From Vermamoeba vermiformis (taxonomy: Eukaryota), in the NCBI GenBank assembly GCA_045837725.1, contig JBEWZL010000267.1, forward strand, positions 186,001 through 233,079: DNA of 47,079 nucleotides. Reading direction: 5' to 3'. Within the stretch, counting starts at the first letter, position 1, and each line of letters opens with the position of its first letter. The notes under the pieces were generated by a model. It saw only the letters and a program-made list of their open reading frames with translations, did no database searches and was not told the origin of the DNA. Shown here one piece after another: positions 12,601-24,197 of the stretch. The position numbers and the translations under genes are program-made.

Positions 12601-13119
12601 CCCGCAAGGTGCTGGGCCGATGCAAGGTGTGACTATGGACGTTGCTCAACCTAAGACAAACTCGTTCCCGTCAATGCCTGTGCCTCTTTTGGGCGCCACC
12701 GGTGCTACTCTCCCGCGACCAATGAACCCTTCATTTAACTTCCAAGGTACGCGCCGAATTAAACACTTCACAATTGGGCAGATATTAACGTACTCACAGA
12801 GCAACTTGCCCCGTTCAATGCTCCCACGCATTCAACGCTACTTCAATCTTTGAGTAGCCCGTTGAACCCGCCCTCGATGCCCAACGGTGCAAATAACTCT
12901 CGAGAGGTTTCCGCAAGTAGCATCTTGACCAGCATGGGCGCGGGTGGTAGTAGCAACGGCAGCCCATCAAATAGCAATGCTCCGACGCCGAGCTCGACTC
13001 CATCTAGTGGCTCCTTCTTGACTGCTCCGGTTAACTTCCCGCTGCATGTACCAAACATGGCTCAGTTTGACCCTGTCAAGAGCGTGTCCATGCAACCCAT
13101 CCGATTCAACAATATGTAA
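9673..13119 (+). CDS. Zn(II)2Cys6 binuclear-cluster transcription factor (multi-exon)
   Basis: Spliced motif ACDQCRSNHVK-CDGNMPCFRCVKKKLDC, then a coiled-coil exon, a helical middle region and an S/P/N-rich C-terminus ending at TAA 13119. Confidence 0.88.
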
Positions 13120-13409
13120 ATAGAGACCCTTACAAAAGCTACAATGAAGCACTCGGACTGCAAAACCGACTTCAATGTAGCGATGTGTAACAGCTCGCTG
13201 AAGCAACAGTGACGATCTGATGGCTTCCAAGAAGCCCGTTACTGACAGGCAGACCCGTTCAAGACGCAAAGTACGCGAAAAGCACAAACATGTAATGTCA
13301 CAAATAAACGTGGTTGCTGTATTACAGTTTTTGGCCGTGCAGACGAAAATTGCCCGCGAATCGAAAAAAATCATGTTAATTTTGTAGATATCCAAACAAC
13401 CACGAAACA

Positions 13410-13841
13410 ATGTCCAGCGGAATGGGAGCTACTGGAGCTACGGGAAGATGCTTCCCGCTCTTCAAGGAATATCAACAGTGCTTGATGTCGACTGATCCCA
13501 AAGAGTGCTTGTTGGTTAGACAAGATTACTTCGAATGCTTGCACAATTTCCAAAGGGTACGTGCATTAAAAAATACGCATTTTTTAAGGCGAACCATAAG
13601 CTACAATAATAACCGAGATGAGGATCTCAATAATTTCAAATTATTAAACAACTTAATATTTCGAGCTATATTTTATGCCATAAATTATTATATCACGATG
13701 GTATAATTATTCATATTTTTTCAAGCATTTATAGGGCCTCTTAAATAAATTAATTTTTAATTGTTAATAAAATAGAACCAACGCGACGCCACAATCGAAG
13801 CACATATGCGTAAACAGAAAGCCACAAAAAATGAAGCATAG
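13410..13841 (+). CDS. NDUFS5: NADH:ubiquinone oxidoreductase 15 kDa subunit (NDUFS5-like)
   Basis: MSSGMGATGATGRCFPLFKEYQQC...ECLLVRQDYFECLH twin Cx9C pattern. Intron ~13557-13775; exon 2 reads NQRDATIEAHMRKQKATKNEA*. Confidence 0.88.
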
Positions 13842-14077
13842 GCATGACCAAATATTGTTTAATTAGTAAATATCTCTATTCAAACGAGCGATCGCGTGTA
13901 AATACAAAAGCTTCATCATGATGGTAGCTAGCTAGCCAGGTCATGGACAGAAGAAAAATTTACCATCCAGAGCTTGAAAATGCTGCAAGCGCACTATCAA
14001 GCTTTCATAATGCTTCTTTTCGAAATTGCTGTTGAGGGCAGATTCATGGAGGTGTCTCATAGATCTACTACTTCAAA

Positions 14078-14543
14078 TAGTTCCGTCCAACCCAAACTTT
14101 GAAAAGACGACGGTAATGCTTAGTATAATACAATTATGGCTTAGCACGAGTTAAAATAGCGCTAGTGCTCGACTTGTCAGCAGCTGTCAGTAGATACGTA
14201 AAAAACTATTTAACGCACCGCATGCGACACAAAACATTCGATTTATTCAACAAAAATGCAACGAACACTCATCCTAGTACTCGCTTTACTTACACCTTTG
14301 ATTGCCGCCGATATTTGTACGTCTGGCTGTCGTCTTGGTCTTTGCTCATGTTTTACTCCAATGTTCTACGTATTAATGCAGGGTCAAATTGTGTTCTTGG
14401 TCAATGCGACGGTGCTTGCACGATGGCTGGTAAGTTTCGAAGAATTGCAGGTTGGTTAATCGGCGTTCTTGTCGGTGTCCCTCCTGAATCAGCGTTTTCA
14501 TCATAGGTAGATTTCATAGCTATTCACAAGTTGGACGGAACTA
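14078..14543. mobile_element. Sub-element A (466 bp, MITE-like)
   Basis: 14-bp perfect TIR at 14078-14091 and 14530-14543. Its last ~57 bp closely match ~17686-17742. Confidence 0.75.
14256..14392 (+). pseudogene. Truncated 5' fragment of a secreted protein, possibly ML/NPC2-like
   Basis: Signal peptide MQRTLILVLALLTPLIAA. A GTACGT...GCAG intron yields DIWSNC, which resembles the start of amoebozoan ML-domain proteins; similarity stops after that. Confidence 0.4.
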
Positions 14544-14674
14544 TACGATCCGGCTCATAAAAATATTTGAAGGATTGCGTTGTTCCATTATACAAACTCG
14601 CGGATAACCTTTATAAACATATCTACATATAAAACAAAATTCTGTACAGCCTACGATCACTTCAGCGCCGACTT

Positions 14675-15457
14675 TCATTCCGGATCGGTAATCCAAGCAA
14701 TGAACTTACGTCTCTTTTCATCCAATAAGTCGTCATCAACGATGCCAAAATCGTTGTCGTAGAACGTACTAAGAGCATTAATCTTTTGCTGCGTCAAAGT
14801 TTGTGCCTCGTGCATTGTCTTCGGGAAGGCATTTAGGGTGGGCTTAGTTCCTTGATGAGCAGATAGTTAGTTACCGCACTAAGTCGTCGAGGAAACAATT
14901 GCGTCGAATAATTACCCATCAGTGCTGGATGCCCGCCCCGAGCAGCTACTTCTTTGATCAGACGGTACAAGGGGTAATTATTTCGGCCGACAGCCTTGCA
15001 GTTTTTCTCTCTTATTCGGGCATTTTCCAGCGAAAATACCAATGACTTGATTTCAGCCACTGCGTTAGTCACATCCGCAGCAGTAGCAGGAGTGGCACCA
15101 GCGAGGCGAGCAGATGATGCTGAATAAACATTTAGTAATTTTGTCAATAGGATTTGAAGGGTATCCTTGAAGGTACCTTTGTGGATAACCGCTGCCTCAG
15201 CTATTACGGCATCAACCACTCCGATAGGATTCGGATACCTCTGGTGCGTTCTTTTCGACTGAGACTATGCTTCAGCTTATTGATTCTTTTTTTTTAGACT
15301 TACGCTTAGCTCTTTTGACGGCTTCGCAGTACTCAATCTGCTTGTACAGAGCGGGATCATCGAGCACCGTATTGTCGTCGACTCTGGGCCTCTTCTTTAC
15401 GATAGTAATAATGTTTTTGTCCTCCGTTTCGGAAGCAATTAGGTTAGGTTGGTTCAT
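14675..15457 (-). pseudogene. Mug135-like C-terminal-domain gene, apparently frameshifted
   Basis: Last exon reads FPKTMHEAQTLTQQKINALSTFYDNDFGIVDDDLLDEKRRKFIAWI, and the middle exon has LENARIREKN..YPLYRLIKE. Exon 1 cannot be spliced in frame (apparent shift near 15225). Confidence 0.55.
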
Positions 15458-15539
15458 TGTTGTGTCTTGTACTTGAAGAAACGGTAAAATAAAAAAATGG
15501 CGCCATTTTTTTTAATAGCCACAACCTCACCAAATATTT

Positions 15540-15920
15540 GGACATATGCCCAAATACCAGGCAATACAACCAATCTTTAGCGGAAGGTGCCCTATGAGGA
15601 GTCGGCAGTTACCGTATCTAATGCCCTATTATTAGAACTAATTAGTCGAAGAACAACAACGAGAGGATCCATCTTTCGAACGCAAATGCTTGTTTTGTAC
15701 CACAGTTTTTAAAGCGAATAGGTACGTAATTATATACAATGTGCGGCCTGTAATATAATAACACTATAGTCTTAGACGCATCACTTAAGATCGGATCTCC
15801 TGAAAATTTAGTCCGCATTAACGAGCTCGTAGATATCTTGCAAGAAAAGCTTGAAAAGTACGTCCAAATTAATATGTACATAAATAAATATCAATATTTT
15901 TCGTTTAGCTTGCAATTGCG
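15540..15920 (+). pseudogene. Deleted/frameshifted ZNF277-like gene fragments retaining introns
   Basis: VEEQQREDPSFERKCLFCTTVFKANR, intron, IGSPENLVRINELVDILQEKLE, intron, LQ. This matches my recollection of the ZNF277 pattern CMFC...NIGLPDNIV..EFL..LQKKL. No start or end. Confidence 0.65.
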
Positions 15921-16075
15921 CATGTTGACGTCTATCACTGAGACAACCTAGGAAAAAAACAGTGAGCAATCCTATGGGATTCCTATAGCGCTCCATGGCT
16001 GAGCTAGTCGTGCTTTGTCTCAATAACGGACGTCAACAGTTTTTTCACAGCTAGTATCGGCAACACCTCCCCATC

Positions 16076-17742
16076 TAGTTCCGTCCAACCTATGAATTTG
16101 TTGAATAAACGCGATTTCTGAGCAGGCTGTTACGCCGAAAAGTGGCAACGACATAAAACGGCAACTTTGGTAGACACATTTTGTCGTCTCACCAATAGTC
16201 CGTAGAAGTGGTGAATAATGTTTGAAAAGCCTCCCTAAGCACAACGGAGGCTTTTTTTTGCCATGTGACCGTTACAAACATGATTTTTTGTCGATCGGCC
16301 AATCCAACAAAAAAATAGCGAACACCACAACCCCCGGTTTTATCAATGCTCAAATTGATAAAACTAAGCTTTTTAGTTGTATTTTTATCGTTTTTGGGTT
16401 ATCTACAGCATCTCGAAGTTGCAAATCTGGTTAAAAACGAAGTGACAATTAGATTTACTGGTGAAAGATGCTGCTCACCCATGTGCATGCCACCGATTAT
16501 ATACATACTGATATATCGATATTTTTTCAACCATTTCGAGCTCTACAAAGGTAAAGTAAGCCACATCTAGGGTGAAATTAATTTTAGAGCTTTAAATTTG
16601 TTCCTGAGCATTTCTTATTAATATTTTACATTAAAAACACGCGGAAATATCGGTTTGTATTGTAATAGTACTTCTTTACACCTATTAGCACTTGTGTTGA
16701 GCTGATCTTGATTTCCAATTTTTTTTCCTCGATCTTGCTTGCCTGATGCAACATTTCGAAATAGCAGACTGTATGCGTTATCCCATAGCATATTTAATTA
16801 TATTATGCGAAAATTACTGCTACAGCGGCGTTGAGTTGAGTGAAAATGATTAATCCAAGGTCACGCTCCCGTTTTTTCAATTGTCAGTGGCATTCTATAT
16901 CGTAAATTGGCTTATTATAATTATATAAATACTTATTACAGCTTGGTTAGCAACAAACAATGGCTAGTCATTGTAAACTCATTTACTTGACTAACTTTCA
17001 ATTTGGATTTGATTTTTTTGGCGGTTTTTTTAAAAATATTAAGTTCGTCAGATAAATTGCAGCGGATTGACATAAAATTGTCTGACGTTACTAATTACAT
17101 TACTCTAATAATATTTCTTGATTGTTTAGCAACAACGGAAGCTCAGGATACGAAATAATATTGAAAACGGTCTAGATTCAGATTTGAGCTTTAACAATAT
17201 ATTCGGACAATATAAATGCTGTAATATATTATAACAAGCATATTTATATCGTGCGCACGAAGGAGAATTCAATTCAAAGGTTGTCTAAGCAAGATCGCGG
17301 ATTGAGCTGCCACGATCTGGCTTACCTGGGCAGCAGTGCGCGAATGATTTCGTGCACATGAATTTCTATACATATTGAAGTATATGAGCAAGGTTTGGTG
17401 CAATTTTCCGTGTTGGTGTGGTTCAATCTGCATCCGTCAAAACCGAATCTCCAAAAATGGTCGCAAGTGACCGTTACAACTTCAAAAAGCCTCCCAACTC
17501 AATCAGGGAGGCCAAAAAATACTGTCGCTACTCATGGGCACTCGCTACAGGGCGTTACAAAAATTGAAACCAAATGGCAACTTGGTTGCCGTTTTATGTC
17601 GTTGCCATATTTCGGCGTAACACAGGCTCCCGCCTGCTGAGATAAACCACGTTTATTTCACAATTTCATAGGTCGAACAGAACTAAATCAGCGTTTAAAT
17701 CATTAGTAGATTTCATAGGAATTCACGTGGTGGACGGAACTA
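16076..17742. mobile_element. Sub-element B (1667 bp) with ~100-bp imperfect subterminal inverted repeats
   Basis: 16076-16166 is an inverted copy of ~17584-17684 (shared GTTGCCGTTTTATGTCGTTGCCA..TTTCGGCGTAACA). GCCTCC/GGAGGC hairpins lie near both ends. Confidence 0.8.
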
Positions 17743-17940
17743 TCAAATACTACTCTTACATTGCTTTTTCATTTGTATTCGCCTCTATTGATCAAGCTAA
17801 TAATATTAGACTCGAGGTGTCGCATGAGACTTCGTCATTTTACCGTCAAAAGTGTGCGGTGCAAATTATTTTCAAAAATCCAATTTACATTCATTCACCA
17901 CACATAATACAACAAAAAATCATATATTATTTTGTATAAT

Positions 17941-18422
17941 ATGGCCACCCCTAATAATTCACCCGCAACCCCTGCAGGCCAACCAGCCAAGCCATTCACG
18001 AAGGAAGAGATGTACGACAAAGTCAAAGTTGTCGCACCCGTTGTGCCTCGCGCTGTCGAAGAGGCCTTAATAGAAAAATTGAGAGAACATTCACGCATTA
18101 AATGCAAGGATAAGGTCGCAGCTTACGCAGAATGCACTAAAGATAAAACATTTTCAGTCGCTTGGGCCTGTCGCGATCAATTAAATAATATGAACGAGTG
18201 CTTGAAGCTTTAGTAAGTCAAATATGACCTTCCATGATTTTTAGGGATTTATTTGAATATTTTTCGATAATGAATTCATTCGGATCAGATCCAAAATTCT
18301 GCTTGTCTGAAGAGTCTAATCTAATGAATATTCCCTTTAGTACATCTTCCGAACAGTTGGATCGCCTAAAGGTGGCTTGGACAAAGAAGCAAGAGCAAAA
18401 GAAAGAAGCGAACAAACAATAA
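17941..18422 (+). CDS. CMC1: COX assembly protein, CMC1 family (twin Cx9C)
   Basis: KCKDKVAAYAECTKDKTFSVAWACRDQLNNMNECL. An intron at ~18213-18340 joins to YTSSEQLDRLKVAW. Confidence 0.85.
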
Positions 18423-18554
18423 AGTCAAACCCTTTCAACCAAAACAGGACCATTATAGTGTAGGAAGAACCGGCTTAATTAATAGAGTATTCTCAGTACG
18501 TATCTAGCTATGTGTAGACCTTTAGAATAAGCTATGTAACAGTAATTTTAATTC

Positions 18555-19871
18555 TTAAACGCTTTCGTTATCGTCATCAAGCAACTTTGACCGCTCACTT
18601 TGCGTGTCAGAATGGCCGTTCAAAGCGCTGCGATTAGAGACCGGCGTGCTTGGAATAGCGGAGGGTGACATCGCCATGACACGCTTCGAGCTGGCATTTA
18701 ATGACGAGCGATTGTTATTGACAGGCACGCTGTTGGATTGTCTGCCTCGTCCACGTGCTGAATTCAACGGAGTTTCATCTTCCTCTGTGGAGCGATAACT
18801 CATTAATACAAAGCACTCTTTCAACTACCAAGTAGTACTGTACCTTCTTCGATGATCGGCGAAGGACGTCGAGCAGATTTTGGCTTAATTTCTTCGTTGC
18901 TCGACGCATTGATGTTGTTGTTACTGCCGAGCAAGGGCTTGGCCTCGGAACGTCGGTTTCGTGTTGAAGGCAAAAACATTGTTCGCGGCTCTTTTCGTGC
19001 TTTAACGCGCTTGACAATTAATACTGTGCCTGAGATTATAATGACTAGGCCTAACAACGATAGACCGAGAATGACCAAGACGATTGTGCCCGAGACTGTC
19101 AGATCCGCGATGTCAATACTAAGTTACTAGAGCTTTTAGTTATATATTACCTCCACCACAGTGGTACCAAGTCCAGTCTCCACATTGACTACCATCTGTT
19201 GGACCGAACAAACCACCCGGTAAGCACAGCCCTGATCACAAAGTGTTAGCGGATCACGTGCTTGGGTCATCGTTGCATCAATTCTTACCTTTCTCTTCGC
19301 ACCACACGCAGTACGTGCGTTGTGAGCATTCTTCGCAGCCATTTTTTACGGCGCATAAGCCTTCTTGGCACATTTTAGGGGTCGTGATCCAAACGTTACA
19401 TACGCATCCGTCGACAGTAGGTCCAATTCTATGATCACCAATTAATATATGTATTATGGTATTGTATTGCTCGTACGAGTCACCAGGCAGGCACTGCATC
19501 CAATCATTGCAATAACCGCATCCCTCAATAGAAATGCAACCGGAACAGTTGCCATTGAATTTGTGACATTTATCGACTACAAATGGTTATTAGCATTAAT
19601 ATATTAGGTTGAGATGGAAATTAATACGGATTTCGGAAGGAGAGCGAGAAAATTGGAAAGAAAAGTAGAAATAGTCTGAAAAATTATTAAAATAATTCTT
19701 TAATACTATATATTATTTCTATATTAATCAGAGTTGATTATACGTCAGGAGAATTTTATTAATAAAATAATACTTACATTTGCTCTGTAAACATGTAGTG
19801 TTATCCGAAGCACTCGCAAGAGATATATATACAAATACTAATAACAAAGATAACTTAATTCCTCCGATCAT
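18555..19871 (-). CDS. Single-pass membrane protein with PSI-like Cys-rich repeats
   Basis: Signal peptide MIGGIKLSLLLVFVYISLASA, repeats such as GCEECSQRTYCVWCEE, TM segment TIVLVILGLSLLGLVIIISGTVLIV and an S/R-rich tail. Confidence 0.75.
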
Positions 19872-20138
19872 CGTTCATTTGTTGTGCTTGACTTTGTGTG
19901 GTTAAAATTTGCCGAAGATCTCGATCGTAGAACCATAAATCGGATCCCGTAAATCTTTGGAGCAAAAAATATATTATGTACAATATTGTACGTCTTTCTA
20001 CCAATCAGAAGTGCAGTTCTGCCGTTCATTTCAATCGCAGTACACATGCAACGGAGCCTTCGAACCTTATCTTATGTCGAAAAGAAACGTGCGTAGCTAC
20101 ATTATTTTAATAGGATTTAATACACCATTGCAGATATT

Positions 20139-20672
20139 TTACACTAGTCGATCGTATTCAGGCAGTTTAACGTTTTGATGAATTCCGGTCAACGATTGTC
20201 TTCGTTGTAGTGACAGGGCCATGACAGCACTAAATAGCAGCGCGCGAACAAAAACAACAATACAAGCACAATTATAGCCAATACTACCACTGCGGTAGAA
20301 GATTAGGCCGGCCAAATCCAAGTAAGTGTCGAAGCAGCAGATCGTGAAACCAAATCCGCTCAAAACAGCGGCTGCCTGTAGGACTTTAGGTTTGTTGCCG
20401 CGTGATCCAATGATACCGAGAATAGCAGCACCTCCAAGTATAACGATAACGACGATATATGGGACAATGTACAATCCGAAGGTCCATACGAAACTGACTC
20501 CAAAGGCGAAAGTTGTCCATTCTGATGTGGGCGAATGACCTCCATGAGGTAAGAGTATACTTAAGACTTCTAAAACAAGGGGGGTAATCGTCACCACGGC
20601 CAGTACGGTCAAACAAAGCGCTGAAATTGACGCGATTAATAACGGCGTACTTCTTGTTTGTTGTTTCGGCAT
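20139..20672 (-). CDS. Four-TM membrane protein of unknown function
   Basis: 177-aa ATG-initiated ORF with four hydrophobic segments and a terminal LPEYDRLV. Confidence 0.75.
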   Translation of the reverse strand: MPKQQTRSTPLLIASISALCLTVLAVVTITPLVLEVLSILLPHGGHSPTSEWTTFAFGVSFVWTFGLYIVPYIVVIVILGGAAILGIIGSRGNKPKVLQAAAVLSGFGFTICCFDTYLDLAGLIFYRSGSIGYNCACIVVFVRALLFSAVMALSLQRRQSLTGIHQNVKLPEYDRLV

Positions 20673-21082
20673 TTTTTTTAATGTTTCTTTTGTGGCCTTC
20701 TATTGGTAAAGTAATATTAAACACAAACTCGTTTTACTCTTCGTTTTGTTCTATGGACGTGCCATTTTTCGTTTTTGTTTTTCGTCCACCAGAAATAATG
20801 GTTTGCGAAAGGGAACTTCCGCAACACCATTACGTGATTAGTATTAACAAGAAGAGCACAGATATGAGTTTAGGCGGAAGATGGAGATATTTAAATTATT
20901 AAAGTGCGGATGAGGAATACTCAAGCTAAAAGTACGTCAATATATAAACATATTTACAATATATCATAGGATTAATTAATACGCTTAAATCGGTCCTCAA
21001 TCGCCATAACGAAAAATTGGAAATTTAATTAAATAAATTTATTAGTTCCAAACGGCTCGATAAAATAATATAATTAGAAACA

Positions 21083-23679
21083 TTACTTCTTATTCTTTTG
21101 TTGTGGAGGAGGGGGTGGTGGCGGTGAGTTTTCAACTTTTTGTGGAATTACTCGAGGCGGTTCTAGGACATCAAATCCATCTTTGCCGCTCGTAAGATTT
21201 AACATACGAGGTGGGGGCGGATGAAGCACTACGATAATAATCATTAGACAAACTGTTCTATTATTTTTTGCGCATCCCACGGCTGGTGAACATTAAATTC
21301 GTTACTTACCGCTGGCCACGGAATTATCATTATTATCAGCCATGTTGTAGTTGACAGCAAAGTATAAGCAATATAATTGACGGCAGCACGTGCGGTTTTA
21401 ATGGCTGTCCAAACCGTTTCGTTCCCAAAAAAATTATTTCTGCAATTCCAGTTCCTTGGCGAAGGCATCCGCGACGCCGTCAATGTGCTTTACTCGTCTA
21501 TAATTTCTAAATTAGCGGCACCGAGATGAAGACGATCTTCCAGCATGCTACTTACTCATAAAGAGACCGAAACTCTGCAAGTGCCTCATCCACGGACTCC
21601 AATGGAGCCTCACTCTGTTGTTGGAGCTCGTTGCCTGGAATAATAGTTAATACTGTAATATACAATACTAGTTACTAGTTACGTACGTTGTTGCTCTTGA
21701 AGTGTCAGCTGTTGTGGCTCTGTCGGCGGATCAACAAGTGTTGCGTAGCCATCTTCGCCGAGCAGTGCTTGAATGCCAGCACGTAACAGTATTACCACCT
21801 CGACATTGGGTGGCAGTGGTAGTTTAGGGCTTCCATGAGCAACGTGTATATGCTCATGGTACTTCGTTACCGAATTGATGGTTTTCTCATCGTTTTGAGG
21901 GTCGTATTTGCCGTCCTTATTGAACAAAAGATCTCGCTTAATGGTGCTGTGAGATTGAGCCAAATAAACGAACGTGATCTTAATATTTTGTCCTTCGGGC
22001 ATGCAACGTATTTCTTCGTTCTAACAATGAAGGTTAAATTTAAAAAACGGCTTAAAATGGCCGTTACCTTGCTGAGGGTTAGGAACGGACACTTGGCGAT
22101 CTCTTTTTTCAATTTCTTGATCGACAAATCTTGCGCGCCTGACTTCGCTTGAAAACACAGCAGAGCGTCGACGAATTTAAACATGCAATACGGTGACCTT
22201 GATTTGTCGACAGGGAGGATTGTTCTGTACTTGTCGAGCTTTTCGTACAACGCAGGCCAGTCTTTCGGGTTCATTGTCTTCTGTGGAGGTGTTTCGCGGG
22301 TACGACTAGCAGCCCACGATGTGAGGTTTTCAAGATCAAGCGTTTTACCGCGTCTCTTCACTTGCGGCACGATCTGAGGTGACAGGGCCAAATTCGAGGA
22401 TACGTCGGCCACAAATGAGCCTTTCAAAAAGCACCAGCGTTCTCCCAGTGGGGTGGGACCTTTGAAGTTAGTCATAGCGCGGGCTATTGCCTTCTCCAAC
22501 TCGAGCCATTTGATGGTGTCAGCCCGCAGCAGTGTAAAGACATCAAAGCGGCGAAAGTCCCTTTCAAATTCTTTCTTCAAAATGTCTATGGCACGAACGG
22601 AGAACGGCAATTTGTCATTAATCTTTGGTACTCTTGAGGATCCATATTTGTTTGGCGAGGTAATTGACTAGCTCGCGTTAGCAATTGTCATTTAACGGCT
22701 ACTTATTTGAGTACTTACAATTGTCTCAGGCTCCTTGATACCTTTTTCTTCGCCTTTAGAGTCCTTTCGTCCCTTTGACGAGAAGCTAACGTCAAATCCG
22801 AGCATGGAAGCTCCGTCAACAACAGTCAGTTTTGACGAAGGCAGCTTGTCCGTGGAATAAATTTGTGCTTCTGACGCGACCAAGTTGAACAAAGTGAAGT
22901 AGTACCCTCTGAAGCGTGCGTAATGCGGCTTCTTCCATAGCGCTAGGGTGTCGAGCAAAGCAAGTTCTGAAAGTTCAATCCATTCGGGTTGTGACTGCTC
23001 CAGTAGTGCAGGTACACCATAACAAGTTTTGCAGTACTCAGGCACGACCTTGTAGCCGAATTTATCATCATGGTTTCTAAAGGAAATTAATAATGCGTGA
23101 CTACGGAACATTGTACTCAACTACAACTAGAACTTACTTTAACGGCTGCAACAGCCTTGGCAACACAAGATTGCGCACCTTAATATTGAGACTCTTCTCG
23201 ATTAAATGTGATTGAAGTCCATACAACGGCTCAGCAAAGACGATCAAGCTGTGCTTGCTCCGCTTGAGTTCTTGAATCAACGATTTAAATGGACTGGACT
23301 CCTTGACTGGATCTTCGTTACCGCATTGAACGATGAATATTCGCGACTCATCTCCTTTCGTTAGGGCTTTGACAGCAGCTGAGTTGATGTTTGTTTTGTC
23401 CACAACTGTGATGCGTTGCTTCAGCAGATCAAAATTTTCAACATAAGATTTGAATTCATTTCGTTGTTGCTCGTTATCGAAGACAGCATCGTCAATCGTA
23501 TTCGAACTTGACAGATGCGCCATTAAATATTTCAGATAGCTGGCAGTCATTCCAGGTTGAAAATTAAAGACGCAGCGATCCACGTACTTGGGATGTGGTG
23601 CTCTCGTTCGCGCATATTGCTTTGCCCATATGCAAATAAGAATATTGATTGCAGTTTCCGCATTTTGGTCGAATTGCAT
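21083..23679 (-). CDS. Multi-exon protein of unknown function with Pro-rich C-terminus
   Basis: Consecutive minus-strand ORFs (23679-23134, 23120-22692, 22610-21867, 22002-21679, 21280-21083) are separated by short GT-AG introns. The 3' end is approximate. Confidence 0.7.
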
Positions 23680-24197
23680 GGCTAAAAAGTGAGTCAGCTG
23701 GATCTAGGGTTCGGAAATTTGGCAAATTGTCAAAATATTCTGCGCAAAGTTAAATAGGCGCATTAAGCTACATGCCTAAATGGTCTTCATCTGTGAGTGT
23801 TACGAATTTGACCGACAAGTTCTTCTTCGGTTGTTGTTTGTGCTCAGTTCTGCTACAAAAAATGCAATCAATTTCAAGTCGCCGTTGTTTTGGTTTTATT
23901 TGAATATTACTTACGTGCTTAATATCGATCGCGGATTTGGTTCACTGCTGCCGTTACTTTCATAAATAATGTTTGAGATCGAGGACAGCATGATTGAAGC
24001 GCTTGGTTAGATTATACTACTAACGCCTGGAGTATTGATCAAAGAAGTGAGAGATAAAGATACGGTTTGTCCTTTGAGGACCTGTGTTAGTAACAAGCAA
24101 AAGACGAAAAAAAAACCGCGCTTTTTTCCTTGCGAAATATTTCTGCCTGGAGTTAATTAATTTGCGCAATAATTTCATTTATTATTAAAGGATATAA

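Larger units (their letters stand above)
14078..17742. mobile_element. Composite non-autonomous TIR element (Pack-type) with 5-bp TCAAA target duplication
   Basis: Terminus TAGTTCCGTCCA(AC) at 14078 and 16076 on +, and inverted copies ending at 14543 and 17742. TCAAA at 14073-14077 and 17743-17747. No transposase seen inside. Confidence 0.7.

Noticed and set aside
16225-16259. GC stem followed by a T-run, resembling a rho-independent terminator
   Set aside because: Eukaryotic context; better explained as a subterminal hairpin of the TIR element, with a counterpart at 17489-17512.
21679-22610. Overlapping ORFs in different frames suggesting programmed frameshifting
   Set aside because: Explained by a short GT-AG intron at ~22021-22066.
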